DNA from: Antedon mediterranea
Lineage: Eukaryota > Animalia > Echinodermata
NCBI RefSeq assembly: GCF_964355755.1
Contig: NC_092672.1
Span: 20,163,237-20,227,236 of the forward strand
Direction: 5' to 3'
DNA length: 64,000 bases
In this document: piece by piece, positions 13,586 through 26,270 of the stretch
How positions within the stretch are numbered: position 1 is the stretch's first letter
Layout of the letters: every line of letters starts with the position of its first letter
The notes under the pieces: model-generated
The model's input: the letters and a program-made list of their open reading frames with translations, nothing else
Databases searched by the model: none
What the model was told of the DNA's origin: nothing
Position numbers and translations under genes: made by a program

Positions 13586-14209
13586 ATACTATGCAAACTA
13601 GTGAGCAAATTACATGTTAGCAGGGAAATGCTACATAGCATTACGCTACAGTATTGTAATAGGAATTCAGGATTGCAACAAAACAAGTTAAAACTCTCAT
13701 CAGACTACTGTACAGTATGTTATGATGTTAAACTAGAACCTAAAATAAAAGGCAATTCAACACAATATTCGTACAAAAAGTACAACCCTTTTTTACTTTA
13801 ATTGTTTTGATATATTAATAAGATGCTTCATTTATCATCTAATGGGGGGTAAGGATGTTACCTCGCTAAGATCTTATGTCCCACATACCCTACCGTGTTT
13901 AATTAATTGTTTATAAGTTCATCTATTCAAACTTTTATTTATTTTTTATTTGTTGTTCAAGCAACTCGCTTCTACTTTTGCATTATTCTTCTCCGAGAAT
14001 CAGTCTGAAAGATAACAAAAATCAAGACAATTATTTGCAAAGGAGACCTGTTCCTTTATGTACAGTCAGTATATAGCAGATAAAACTGAATTTGTATGCA
14101 CTATTCTCTATTCTGTAGGAGGACTATTGATTTATTTAATATTTACCCTTTTTAAAATAAATACTTGTTGTGTGGTTACTATGTTACTGTTTGTATTCAT
14201 TTCAAATGT

Positions 14210-15808
14210 TGGAATTAGGACAAGCTTTGGATGGAGTTTGAAGTGGGGAAGCACTTGAAGTACATCCCAATACACGAGATTGCTTCTTCTCTTGGACCAC
14301 AAGCATCAGCCGCTTACCTTTTCTTTAATTCCTTTAGCGGTTGTGATACAACTTCATCTGTTCAAGGAAAGCTACATTTAACAAGACTGCCATGTATGAC
14401 TCCAATTTTCAAGAGGATGTCATTGTCTGTAGGGGATATTAGTAAAACAGACACAGATTATCTAGAACAGTTTGTTGTAACTATGTACTGCAGAACATTT
14501 AATGGAAAGAAGGTAAATGATGCAAAACGATATCTTTTTACAACAAGAGGAAAGACTATTGAAAATATCCCCCCAACATCTGCGGCATTAAGAGAACATG
14601 TGCTTGTTCTACAAGCCAGGAAGTGGTACAACTGTCTAGATGCCTTCAGGGTTGAACAGGGCCCAGTGAACTGGGGATGGAGGAAGGACGGCAACAAATT
14701 TAGTCCAGTTTGGAGTTTATTGCCGGAACGACAGGTTTTAATTCACTGTGATCTTGGATGCTGTAAATGCAGAAAGAGTGATTTACGATGTACAGAGCTG
14801 TGTGGTTGGCAGGAAAAATGTGACCTACAATAATTGTGTCCGTGTTAAATGCATGTAACTATAAACATAAACAAATAGTGTAAAGCCAGTACGGTTTGAA
14901 CATTCAAAATGGCCGCCATGCAATCAAAGACGTTATACCAATATGTTTGTTGACCTCAATACCATATTATACTTTGTACCTAAAATTAACAGTAGGTACC
15001 CTACTGAAACATTTTGAGTTCGCCATTTTGAAATTCAAAATGGCCGCCAGAAAAAATGTTAGTTAAATACCAATAATTATGTTTGGTGACCCATTACCAT
15101 ATAATTTGCATCTAGATTCAGAACTCTATGTGCCTTTTTAGCGGAGATATACCTGAAAAGTGAAAATTTGGGGTCCGCCATTTTGAAATCCAAAATGGCC
15201 ATCATGCAATCAAAATGTTAGTTATACCAATATTTTTGGTGACCCCATTACCATATAATTTGCACCTAAAATCTGAACTCTGGGTGCTTTTTTAGCCGGC
15301 AGAGATATACCTAAAAAGTGAAAATTTGAAGTCTGCCATTTTGAAATCCAATATGGCCGCCATGCAATCAAAATGATAGTTATACCAATATGTTTGGTGA
15401 CCCCACTACCATATAATTTTCACCTAAAATCAGAACTCTGGGTGCCCTTTTAGCCGGCAGAGATATACCTAAAAAGTGAAAATTTGAAGTCCGCAATTTT
15501 GAAATCCAACATGGCCGCCATGCAATCAAAATGTTAGTTATACCAATATGTTTGGTGACCCCATTACCATATAATTTGCACCTAAAATCAGAACTCTGTG
15601 CCTTTTTAACAGAGATATACCGTACCTGAAAAGTGAACATTTGGGGTCCGCCATTTTGAAATCCAAAATGGCTGCTTTCTCCTGACAAATTTTGTGCAAC
15701 CCTTCCATTTCACGTTTTTGACACCCCAATGAATAACTGTGCAAAGTTTCAAAATATTATCACAATTTGAAGGATTTGCCTAAAATATGCACCTTAACAT
15801 GCCTACTA
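14210..15808 (+). mobile_element. 3' portion of an Academ (AcademX-type) DNA transposon
   Basis: Transposase C-terminal fragment, then sub-terminal repeats (TTTTGAAATCCAAAATGGCCGCCATG, 14900-15670), then an end ..CACCTTAACATGCCTACTA (CTA terminus). Confidence 0.75.
14231..14833 (+). pseudogene. Academ-type transposase C-terminal fragment (XPG-like region plus Cys-rich zinc finger)
   Basis: KYIPIHEIASSLGP..FFNSFSGCDTTSS..ENIPPTSAALREHVL..WGW..W..CDLGCCKCRKSDLRCTELC; N-terminus absent. Confidence 0.8.
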
Positions 15809-16169
15809 CAATACAAACTTCACTAAAACTTCGAAAAAGAGGAAGACATGAGAGGGTCAGTAACCATCGCATATGTTTATGGCCTATTGGAGACGCAGGA
15901 AAACACTAAAAAACTACAGCGTATGCACATAATTTAAACCATTTTATAAAATTTAAAACGTAATTGTCCGAACTAAAGATAAATCATGCAGAAGAAATAT
16001 AGAGTAGTATATAGAGCAGGATGTACCAATTGTAAAATAGTTTGCATTAAAGAAACGAGTAGGAGCACTCAAAACAAGAATAAAAGAATATAACACATTG
16101 ATGACAACACCAAAAGAATCAATTAGCATTTAAAAGCTGGAAGTACCTGGATTCAAGATCAACAGAGAT

Positions 16170-16730
16170 TCTTGTTCACGCCTTTGTTACATCAAGACTA
16201 GACTGTTGTGACTCATTACTTTATGGCTTACCAGCAAAGGATATCTCTAAAATTCAGCGAGTCCAGAACACAGCTGCCCGATTGGTCGTTCAAAGCCCCA
16301 TAAGGCAACATATCCCACCTGTGCTGAGACAGCTTCATTGGCTTCCAGTAACACAAAGAATTACCTTCAAGATCCTGCTATTTGTTTTCAAAGCTCTTCA
16401 TAATTCTTCATCTAAGTTCATTTCTGAACTTATTCAACCTTATGTTCCTAAGCGGTCTCTGAGATCTAGATCTGAGTCTCTTCTTGCCCATATATTTCAT
16501 CATTCCACTAAGTTTTATGGAAATCGTTCATTTTCTTCGGCATCCGTTTCTCTATGGTATGCGTTGCCTATTGAAATCCGTCAGGCTACTTCCACCAGTG
16601 TCTTCAAATCTCTCCTCAAAACCCACCTTTTTAATTTGTAATTTTTTCTAAATTTTCTGTCTTTGTAAAGCGCATTGAGGCTTTCAGCATAATGCGCTAT
16701 ATCAAGTACCAGTTATTATTATTATTATTA
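16170..16730 (+). mobile_element. 5'-truncated L2-type LINE 3' end
   Basis: LVHAFVTSRLDCCDSLLYGLP..IQRVQNTAARLV..LRQLHWLPVTQRITFKILL..FKSLLKTHLF, short 3' UTR and (TTA)n tail at ~16713-16730. Confidence 0.92.
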
Positions 16731-18609
16731 AAAGGAAACCGGATAAAACGATGAACAGAGGGCGCCAACCAACTGTCATATTTATGACTGGTCTCCAATC
16801 TGCATCGTAACACACAACTGACAAAGTCTAGCTGACAGCTTGACAAAACTGCCTTGACACACAAGTTATTTTACCGACTTACTATACATGAACTGTATCT
16901 CATTTTTTCCATCGCAAAACCAACAAAAAAGACCAAAATATTATATCCATATATATTGTTATTAATGTTAACAAAAATGGATATTATAATAGTTATGATC
17001 TTCCTCTCCATTCACAGTTTATATTGGTGAAACGTTGGTTTTTACTCAATTTTCAATTCTCAATTTCCTGAGTCCAGATCAATCTAGTGCATTGACAACG
17101 ATCGTAGACATAGATGGTCAGCCATGTTATTTAAACAAATTGCCTAAGCCATGTAACTGTAATAAAAACTATTCAAAACTTAGTCCTACCAAAACAACTT
17201 AATGGTGATTGCATTCATTGGCAATTTTAAAAATTACATTTAGGCCTACTCATTACAACTCATTATTTGGAAACCAAATGTTAATCAACAATTCTGATAG
17301 TCCGTGACTTTGTCCTATTTTGGTCCCTGTATGTCTTTTTATGTAAGTAGTTTTATGTTGACATAAAGAGTATTTTGCTATAAAATCCGGTAAATTGCTT
17401 TAGTTTGGTATTTCACCATTTTTCTTATTTTTTACAGACCATTTTAAATTATTTGAAAAAAAAAATAAACCAACAATATAAACTTATATTTAAAACAAAA
17501 TTAAAAGCAGTTATTTTTCAATGTAATCTCTGACATGAAAGCTATTTTGGGTTGCTGAGACACGACAAAGTAACACTACCTCCAGTACAGTAGACCTTAG
17601 GTCCCTCTGAGTTTGTGCGGCAAGACTGGGTCTTATTTAGCAATGCCCTGATCAAACCCTAATAAGATGCTTTTTTTATTAAGCAAATGTAGGATTAAAA
17701 ATAATTTAGAGTACACACATATTATACACATTACACTACAACTACCATACTGTACATTCACTTCATTTTAGTGCTTTTAATATTACTTCACAGGCAATTT
17801 AAATCTATTTCTGTACACATTTCACTCACCACTAATAAGTATGTTAATGAAACTTTGCATAAAAAATCATTCATTACATATTTTTGTTGTTGCTGGCTTT
17901 TTCCTTTTTTCATGTATCCATCTAGGCCTAATGACTGTTGTTTAATACTGAAAAATATGTTGCATACTTAATCTGTTCTGAACCACACTATTTATCTTCT
18001 TTGTCTCTGAATAATACTGTACAGTATATTAATTACTAGCTATGCAATTCTAGTGCATTATCAGTATACTTATATCAAAGGTTCAAGTATCCTTCATTTT
18101 TTTCAGTACAAGGTTGCTTAAGTATATCTAATAATTAATCATAAATATATTGATTAGATAATGTATTTAATAATTTTCTCATATTTGTATAATTTTCTAA
18201 CAATAGGTGTGGAACTTTGTAATAATTAAATATATGATGTAGTAATACTTAAAATTGTATCTGGATTTTTTTAAATCATTGATACAATAATACATGAATC
18301 GAGTGTTGTCAACAATTATAGAGCATTCATGTTAACAGTTAATGTTAACTGAATATGGTGTTACTGTACTTTTCAAAATAAATATTAAAAATAATACAAA
18401 TATAAAGTTAATTTGAATTAATTTAATGATATTGATTGCAATATGCCTAATGAGGTTTGATAATGAAAATGAGAAGTCAGCAGGGTGAATTTTCAATGCA
18501 AGATGTATTTACAACGTGTCATTTAAAAAAAATCAATCTGCAAATTGATATTAAATACCACTTAAAAAAAGTTTATTTGAAAGTATTTGTATGAAATTAT
18601 TATTTTTAG

Positions 18610-18708
18610 AATGGATCAACACCTCTGACTGAAGCTGCATATACAGGTTTACAGGAAGTCTGCTTGGCCCTTATTAAAAAAGGAGCTAATTCAAATCACC
18701 AAATAAAG
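18610..18708 (+). CDS. Ankyrin-repeat protein, internal exon (one repeat)
   Basis: tatttttag|99 bp|gtactt; translates NGSTPLTEAAYTGLQEVCLALIKKGANSNHQIK, phase 0. Confidence 0.92.
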
Positions 18709-20955
18709 GTACTTAGCACATTCATTCATTATTTTTTTTAATATATTTAAAAAGTATAAAAATGATAAAATAGAGCGAAAAAAGGAAAACACAGTAAAAA
18801 CAATTGCGATTCAAAGGACGACCAAAAATGGTTAATACGTATTTACAGTAATGTATTGCAATACTATATCTAAAGGTTTTTGGGTTTATAACACAAAGGC
18901 CCATAAATTTACCTACAGGTACTTTAACGTGTTGAACTAAATAGTTATATTGGAATGTTCCCTTCTTGGCAAATCAATACATTTATATAAACGTATATTA
19001 AATCTATCAAAATAGTATTTTTTAAAGAAAATCAGCCTTCAACATTTTGATGCTGTACTCGAGCGGTTTTCAGCTATTAAAAAAAATTATCATAAAAGGC
19101 AGGGGAAGATCCAGGATTTTGTGAAGGGGGGTGGGACGGGGGTGTGGTGTTGTGGCCAAACTGTAGAGTGTCCACACAAACATTTGAAAATATAACACCT
19201 CTAGATGGTCAGAAATGGCACTCTCATGTAGCTAGCATGCTTCCAATGAGCAAAACGATCATACTTTTTCCCTCCAATAAACACACGTAACTAATTAAAG
19301 GAGGATAACATTTTTTGGCCGATTTCATTCACTCAGTATTTTGTGCATCTAGAGGTATTAAGCCCCGAAAAAAGCTCAAAATGCAATGCTTATTATAGCT
19401 CAATATTTTTTTACATAAATTTGTTGGGGAAATTAAATATATCAATATAAATAGGTGTTGATACAGTTGAGTATGTATCGGTGGGTGGCCTAGAAAACAA
19501 AATTGGTAGCTAATGTAAACTACAGTACACAGTTACCATAGTTAGTGTATTATTATTATTAACATATCCTCTATGATGATGATACACTATACTATATAGC
19601 CACACGGTGTTCCATTTTGACGGTAGGCCTACGTGGTTGTCTCGCGGTGTCTTTTGTACAAATAGTTCGTGGCCAAGCTCGCTGTATGAGTACGATACAC
19701 ACGTCAATATCATGTTACATCCAGGGACCAAAATGTGTTTATTTTTCAGGTGAAAATAGGCAACTCATTCGCAACTCTTTATTTACAGACACGTATCACT
19801 TGACGTTGATCGTTGTAACAGTATGTCATTTCTTTTGTTTAATCTTGGCAGCAGAGGTGGAATATCTGTACATCAACTGAACGTTGCAGTTCAACCACCA
19901 CCCCTCCTCCTTAATGTCATGAGTAGCGTTGTAAAGCCAGTACTTCTTATTTCTATTGACAGTTAAAATATATAATTATAAAGTAACACTGAAAATGCTA
20001 ATACCAGTAGATGTACAGTAGTGTACAAACAATATATATTATATATAATATTGTAAGACGTCATCGTATGAAAACAATCCATGTTTGATACGAATTTATA
20101 AATATGAAGATACCACTCCATCATAAAATAATGAGATAGAAATATAGCAGGCAGGCAGATACCATGCAATAGGCCTACAGACAATTCAAGTCTAAAGTTT
20201 ATTTTGTTTTCATTTTAAAGTATCTCAAGATGGCAATTATATTTGGTTACATATTACATCATGTTTAACTGTATTCTCTCTATGTTCATTTTTATAATTT
20301 CCAGTTATTAACGACAAAGTTCCTGTATTCGAGAGCCATCTGGGCAATTGCAACCGCGTATGAATACATTTACTAATGATGTAGGTTTTTATAGGACGTA
20401 TTTTAGTTTTATTCGTATTCGTATTAAGGACATTTCAGTAAATCACGCATGACCTTTTTCTCAATGCTTTAGAAAGTGGGTTCATACTTTTCGTAATAAA
20501 TTTTACCAGCAATTGAAAACCATTAGGCCTACTAATTAAGTTGAGTTAGATAATTATTTATTGACGAATACATTTTTTGGCCACTCCTTTACTTTCATAA
20601 AAGTTCTTAAAAACTTCTGCATTTCCTTTAAGAAGTTTTACTGTTCAGATTTTTAGATACGTTAGTCAAAATAGTATTAAAATGGTTAGCATTTTTTTTA
20701 TTATTAGAGCAGACCTTGTTGTCTATGTTCAATAGAATTTGGGGCGATTTTTTAAGTTTTCTCGTCATAGCCAACTGTTTTTAGATGTGCCCATAACTTT
20801 TTTGGGTTGTCTTTGTTATTCTCTAGTTGTTTTCTAAAATACTCTGCTTTTGCACGTTTGATATCTCTACGCACCTGGTTCCTTTTTTTTGCAAAAAATC
20901 ACTACATTACTTTGTTATTTCCGTTCTTTCGTACTTTTCGCAACATAGATTCCCG

Positions 20956-23288
20956 TCGATGCAAGTTGATTATTACATATTGAACTTAAATCATAAATTT
21001 TACTATGATGAAATCTTCACAAATTTTAAACAGTGTCATATTAGAAAAGTGCATACTTTCAAGTTTTATATATTAACATGTAAAGAAAAAAGATAAACGT
21101 TATGTTTATTGTTTTACTCTTTGAATATGTTATTGTTTGTTTGATGATAACAATTTCGAAAATTATATTTAATATGCAAATAATGTAGCCACCAAACACG
21201 TTTTAACATTCGACACTATAATAAATCAGACCTATGATTCATACACTGCAAGAAAATAAAATAAAAAAAATGGGGGTAACCTTGCATTCTGATGAACTGT
21301 ATCACTTTTAAAAGTAGACATATTTTGCAACATTTTCACAATCTGTTGACGTTTTCGTGCGCAACCAGTCATGTTTAACGTGCTCGTAGAACGCCATTTC
21401 AAGTTGAAAAGTGAATAAGATAACGTAAAATTGTTAACCTAAGTTTGAAAAACACAATGCATGTAAAAGAAAAGCTTATACGCGTTCCCTGCGCCGTGCG
21501 CGCGTAAAAATGTGTGCACCAGTGGCAATTTTTAAACCCTTAAAATGACCTGAAACGTGCTCTAATTTAATCAGAAATTGATTTGAAGCATTTTAAAATT
21601 TCAAACACCGTTTACGCACGCACTTTCTAATGTTACAAAATTCGGTAGGGATAAAAAAGTTAACAATTAATGTAAAGCAAACGTGGCTGAAAATGACGTT
21701 CAAAAATATTTATCTGTTTCAAAGTTATGATCAATTTAAGATTTTCAGAAAATCGCGCGTAACTTACGATACGTGCCTCTGACAGCGTCCAAAAGCTTGG
21801 CTGCACATATTCAATTAAATGTCTATATGTTGACCAAGTTACAACATGTTATGTTAACGCGTTGCAGAGAAACAGCGTGTACAAATTTGGAGCATTTTAA
21901 AAATTTCAAACGCAATTTACGCGCAAACTTTCTAGTGTCCAAAAATGTTCTAAAGATTGAAAAAGTTAGCCATTGATGTGAAGAAAACGTGGTTGCAAGT
22001 TACGTTAAAAAATATTTATCGGTTTCGAAGTTATGATCAATTTAAGATTTTCAGAAAATCGCGCGTAACTTACGCTACGCGGCTCTGACAGCGTCCAAAA
22101 GCTTGGCTGCACATCTTCAATTAAATGTCTAAAGGTTTACCAAGTTACAACATGTTATGTTAACACGTTGCAGAGAAACGTCGCGTACAAAAGTGGCGGA
22201 AAGAAAGAAGAATAACTAGATTTAAACTCGTCACTTGAGGACGAGTTTGGTTATCCGCCAGCAACAAAACGTATCTTGCGTATTCAAGTACTTCTAAGTT
22301 ATGATTTTTCCAAAAAAAGTAGGCTATTCAAAAATAAAACTGCCCTTTCAAAAAACATTCCAAAAGATAGCCATTGATGTGAAGAAAACGTGGCTGAAAA
22401 TTTCGTTAACAAATATTTATCGGTTTCGAAGTTATGACCGATTTAAGATTTTCAGAAAATCGCGCGTGACTTACGCTACGCGGATCTGACAGCGTCCAAA
22501 AGCTTGGCTGCACATCTTCAGTTAAATGTCTATATGTTGACCAAGTTACAACCTGTTATGTTAACACGTTGCAGAGAAAGGCTGAACACAAAATCTGAGA
22601 AAAATAGAGCATATTTAAAAAACTCTTACAACTAGAACTTAAACTCGTCACTTGAGGACGAGTTTTGTTATCCGCCAGCAATAAAACGTATCTTGCGTAT
22701 TCAAGTACTTCTAAGTTATGACTTTTCCAAAAAAAGTAGCCTATTCAAAATTAAAACTGCCCTTTAAGTGTAATAACCAAATAAATCCTTTTAATGAATT
22801 GTTTTCCCGTGATGGGATTCGAACCCGGTACCTCTGATACCAAAGTCGGTTGCACTACACATCGATCCATATGAGCACCTGCTGAAGAAAATCCGAAGAA
22901 AGAGTCTTCGTTCATTCGGTATGTCGTGAACCCCCCTCGATGCAAGTTGATTATTGCATAATGAACTTAAATCATAATTTTTACTATGATGAAAGCTTCA
23001 CAAATTTTAAACAGTTACATATTATGAAAGTGCATACTTTCAAGTTTTATATATTAACATGTAAAGAAAAAAGATAAACGTTATGTTTTTTGTTTTGCTC
23101 TTTGAATAAGTTTATGTTTATTTGATGATAATTATTTCAAACATAACATTTAATATGCAAATAATGTAGCCATCAAACACTTTTTAACATTCAAGACTAT
23201 AATAAATCAGACCTATGATTCATACACTGCAAGAAAATAAAATAAAAAATAGGGGTAACCTTGCATTCTGATGAACTGTATCATTTTT
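20956..23288 (-). mobile_element. Non-autonomous Helentron/Helitron2-type (HINE) copies, minus orientation, including a 416-bp internally deleted unit (22216-22631)
   Basis: 3' ends (CTAG, AAACTCGTC-loop-GACGAGTTT hairpin, sub-TIR TTGGTTATCCGCC) at 22216 and 22632; body matches the 1.26-kb unit. Confidence 0.85.
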
Positions 23289-23902
23289 ACGCGCGCACGA
23301 CGCAGGGAACACGTATGAACATTTCTTTTGCACGTTTTGTGTTTTTAAATCTTCGGTTAACAATTTTACGTTATTTTATTCACTTTTCAACTTGAAATGG
23401 CGTTCTACGAGCACGTTAAACATGACAGGTTGCGCACGAAAACGTCAACAAATTGTGAAAATGTTGCAAAATATGTCTACTTTTAAAAATGAAACAGTTC
23501 ATCAGAATGCAAGGTTACCCCCATTTTTTATTTTATTTTCTTGCAGTGTATTAATCATAGGTCTAATTTATTATAGTCTTGAATGTTAAAAAGTGTTTGA
23601 TAGCTACATTATTTGCATATTAAATGTAATTTTTGAAATAATTATCATCAAACTAACATAAACATATTCAAAGAGCAAAACAATAAACATAACGCTTATC
23701 TTTTTTCTTTACATGTTAATATATAAAACTTGAAAGTATGCACTTTCATAATATGTAACTGTTTAAAATTTGTGAAGATTTCATCATAGTAAAAATTATG
23801 ATTTAAGTTTGATATGTAATAATCAACTTGCATCGAGGGGGTTCACGACATACCGAATGAACGAGGCTCTTTCTTCGGATTTTCTTCAGCAGGTGCTCAT
23901 AT

Positions 23903-25657
23903 GTGACCTGCTCTGGCAAAGTGAAACATAAGTCGAAAATTTAAATTTTTCAGATTTGTATTCTATCTGGTAGGAAATGTTATATCCTTTACAATGATAC
24001 CAAACTTAATATTTAACATGAAGGGGATCTCGAGATATTGTACGTTAAGTCGAAGCATGTATAAAGAAATATACAAATAACAGTTTTGAGAAAATCATGA
24101 TTGAATGTCAATGTTATTTTATAAAACAACAACACAAATTAATATTTGTTAATCTAATAGTGTATACTTTCTAAGTATCACACATTCACATAATATGATA
24201 CAATGAAATGTTTTTTGGTAGGATATTGATTACCGTGACAATGCATACAAAAAAATATTTCCACATTCTATGTTAAGTACATACTTGTGTTTCTTTTAAG
24301 CACTTGCTTAAAATAGTAAAAAAGGGGGTAAATTAATGTTTTTACACTTAAAAAACTGTATTATTCTTTAAGAATTAATTAAATGTATATAATAAATTAA
24401 GTTATATAACATTAAATACCATTTCTTGAACTACTGGATTTAAGTACGTTCTTAAAAGTTACTTAAATAATTTAAATTTTAGTTGTGTAGTGCCTGCTGA
24501 TTAGATAACAAATACAACTTAAATAACATTATGCGATTGATTTAATCAATTAAATAATGGATATGTTTTAAGCACATACTAATGTATTAAGTTTGTTTTA
24601 AGCATTTACTTAAAATCGTGTAATGTTCATGAAATTATGTTGGTGTAAGTGCATAATAATAGCCTACAATAACATGAATTAATACAATACTTATTATGTA
24701 AAAACAATAAATATGGTAGGCCTATGTGATATGTAGGCAAATAAAAGTGCCACCTAGGCCTAGCCTACCTATCCTAGCTAGGCCTATTTGCCCTGCAACC
24801 TACCTAGCTAGCCTACCTAGGCCTAGCTAGTCTAGTCTAGACCTGCTAGGCCTACCCTAGGGCCTAGCTAGGCTAGGACAAGTAGGCCTAGAAGGACCCA
24901 GCCTGGAGTCCAAAAGGCTACTTAGTAGGCCTAGGCTAGTCACTACACTGGCTGTAATAATTTAATATCATAGGTCCTTTGCTACTCTCATTATGTTTTT
25001 ATTTTTTAGTCATTGTGTTTGGCCCAGGCCTAGGCCGGCCCTAGACTAGATCCATCGATTATCTTAAATCTGAATTGTTTACACTCTCTTCTCCGCGTAA
25101 AAAGTAAACAGGTCAAAGGTCATTATAAGGATAAGCCAATTACAGTACTGTATTTCTACTACGCGCTAGCCATTACGTGGCGTATCCTTGACAACGGATT
25201 TCTGTTGTGTAAAAATCACGTCAGAGAAGCTTTTTACCTCCTCTAATTCCCGCTGAAGAAGCCAAAAATATTGAAAACCACTTGAAATACCCACTGAATA
25301 TGGCTTATGAATATTTAAATTTTCAGACTCTACCATGTTTCTAAAGGTAGCTATACAAATATTTTCATAAACTGCACAGTTTTCTAACAGTGTTTCATGC
25401 ACTTTATTTCATTTTTTTGCAACAAAATGAAATCAAGACAAAAAAGGTACTCATTAAAATCACTTATTTAGCCCTTTTATAAACTTAATTCACACAAAAT
25501 GAAACTTGATCTTGATTCTTAAATAGTTGTAGATTCCAAAAAGGGGAAAACCCTATTTTCACCAAGATAGTGATTTTTAACTTACATAGTACTTCTATAG
25601 GTCAATACACTGAATAAAGATCAGCGAGTTATGTTTCACTATGCCAGAGCAGGTCAC
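23903..25657. mobile_element. Non-autonomous TIR DNA transposon (1755 bp, Sola1-like) inserted in a HINE copy
   Basis: 33-bp TIRs with 2 mismatches (GTGACCTGCTCTGGCA.AGTGAAACATAA.TCG). The empty site CTCATATGGCTCG in sister copies gives TSD ATAT; TA or CATATG cannot be excluded because the site is palindromic. Confidence 0.85.
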
Positions 25658-25894
25658 ATATGGCTCGATGTGTAGTGCAACCGACTTTGGTATCAGAGGT
25701 ACCGGATCGAATCCCATCACGGGAAAGCAATTAAATAAAAAGATTTGTTTGGTTAATACACTGAAAGGACAGTTTTAATTTTGAATAGGCTACTTTTTGG
25801 AAAAGTCACAACTGAAAAGTACTTGAATGCGCAAGATATGTTTTGTTGCGGGCGGATAACCAAACTCGTCCTCAAGTGACGAGTTTAGATCTAG

Positions 25895-26270
25895 TTTATT
25901 GGTTATCCGCCTCAAGCGGATAAGCATTTGTTATTGTAGTGTTACTTTTTTTTTTTTGTTATCCGCCTCAAGCGGATAAGCCCTTTGAATTGTAGTGTTA
26001 CTTTTTGGTTATCCGCCTCAAGCGGATAAGCCCTTGGAATTGTAGCGTTACTTTTTGGTTATCCGCCTCAAGGCGGATAAGCTCTTGGAATTGTAGTGTT
26101 TCTTTTTTTTATTGGTTATCCGCCTCAAGCGGATAAGCCCTTGGAATTGTAGTGTTACTTTTTGGTTATCCGCCTCAAGCGGATAAGCCCTTGGAATTGT
26201 AGTGTTACTTTTTGGTTATCCGCCTCAAGCGGATAAGCATTTGTTATTGTAGTGTTACTTTTTTTTTTTT
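25895..26270 (+). repeat. Seven tandem ~50-bp HINE 5' caps
   Basis: (T)TGGTTATCCGCCTCAAGCGGATAAGC(CCTTGGAA/ATTTGTTA)TTGTAGTGTTAC+T-tract x7. Confidence 0.93.

Noticed and set aside
13402-13620. Repetitive peptide ORFs (also 39812-40006 and 45198-45709)
   Set aside because: Translations of minisatellites, not genes.
24715-25060. TAGGCCTA/CTAG-rich tracts (also 62660-63130)
   Set aside because: Low-complexity palindromic expansion scattered throughout the window; no discrete element can be defined.
25895-26270. CRISPR-like array of palindromic repeats
   Set aside because: There are no unique spacers and no cas genes, the context is eukaryotic, and the repeats are Helentron 5' caps.
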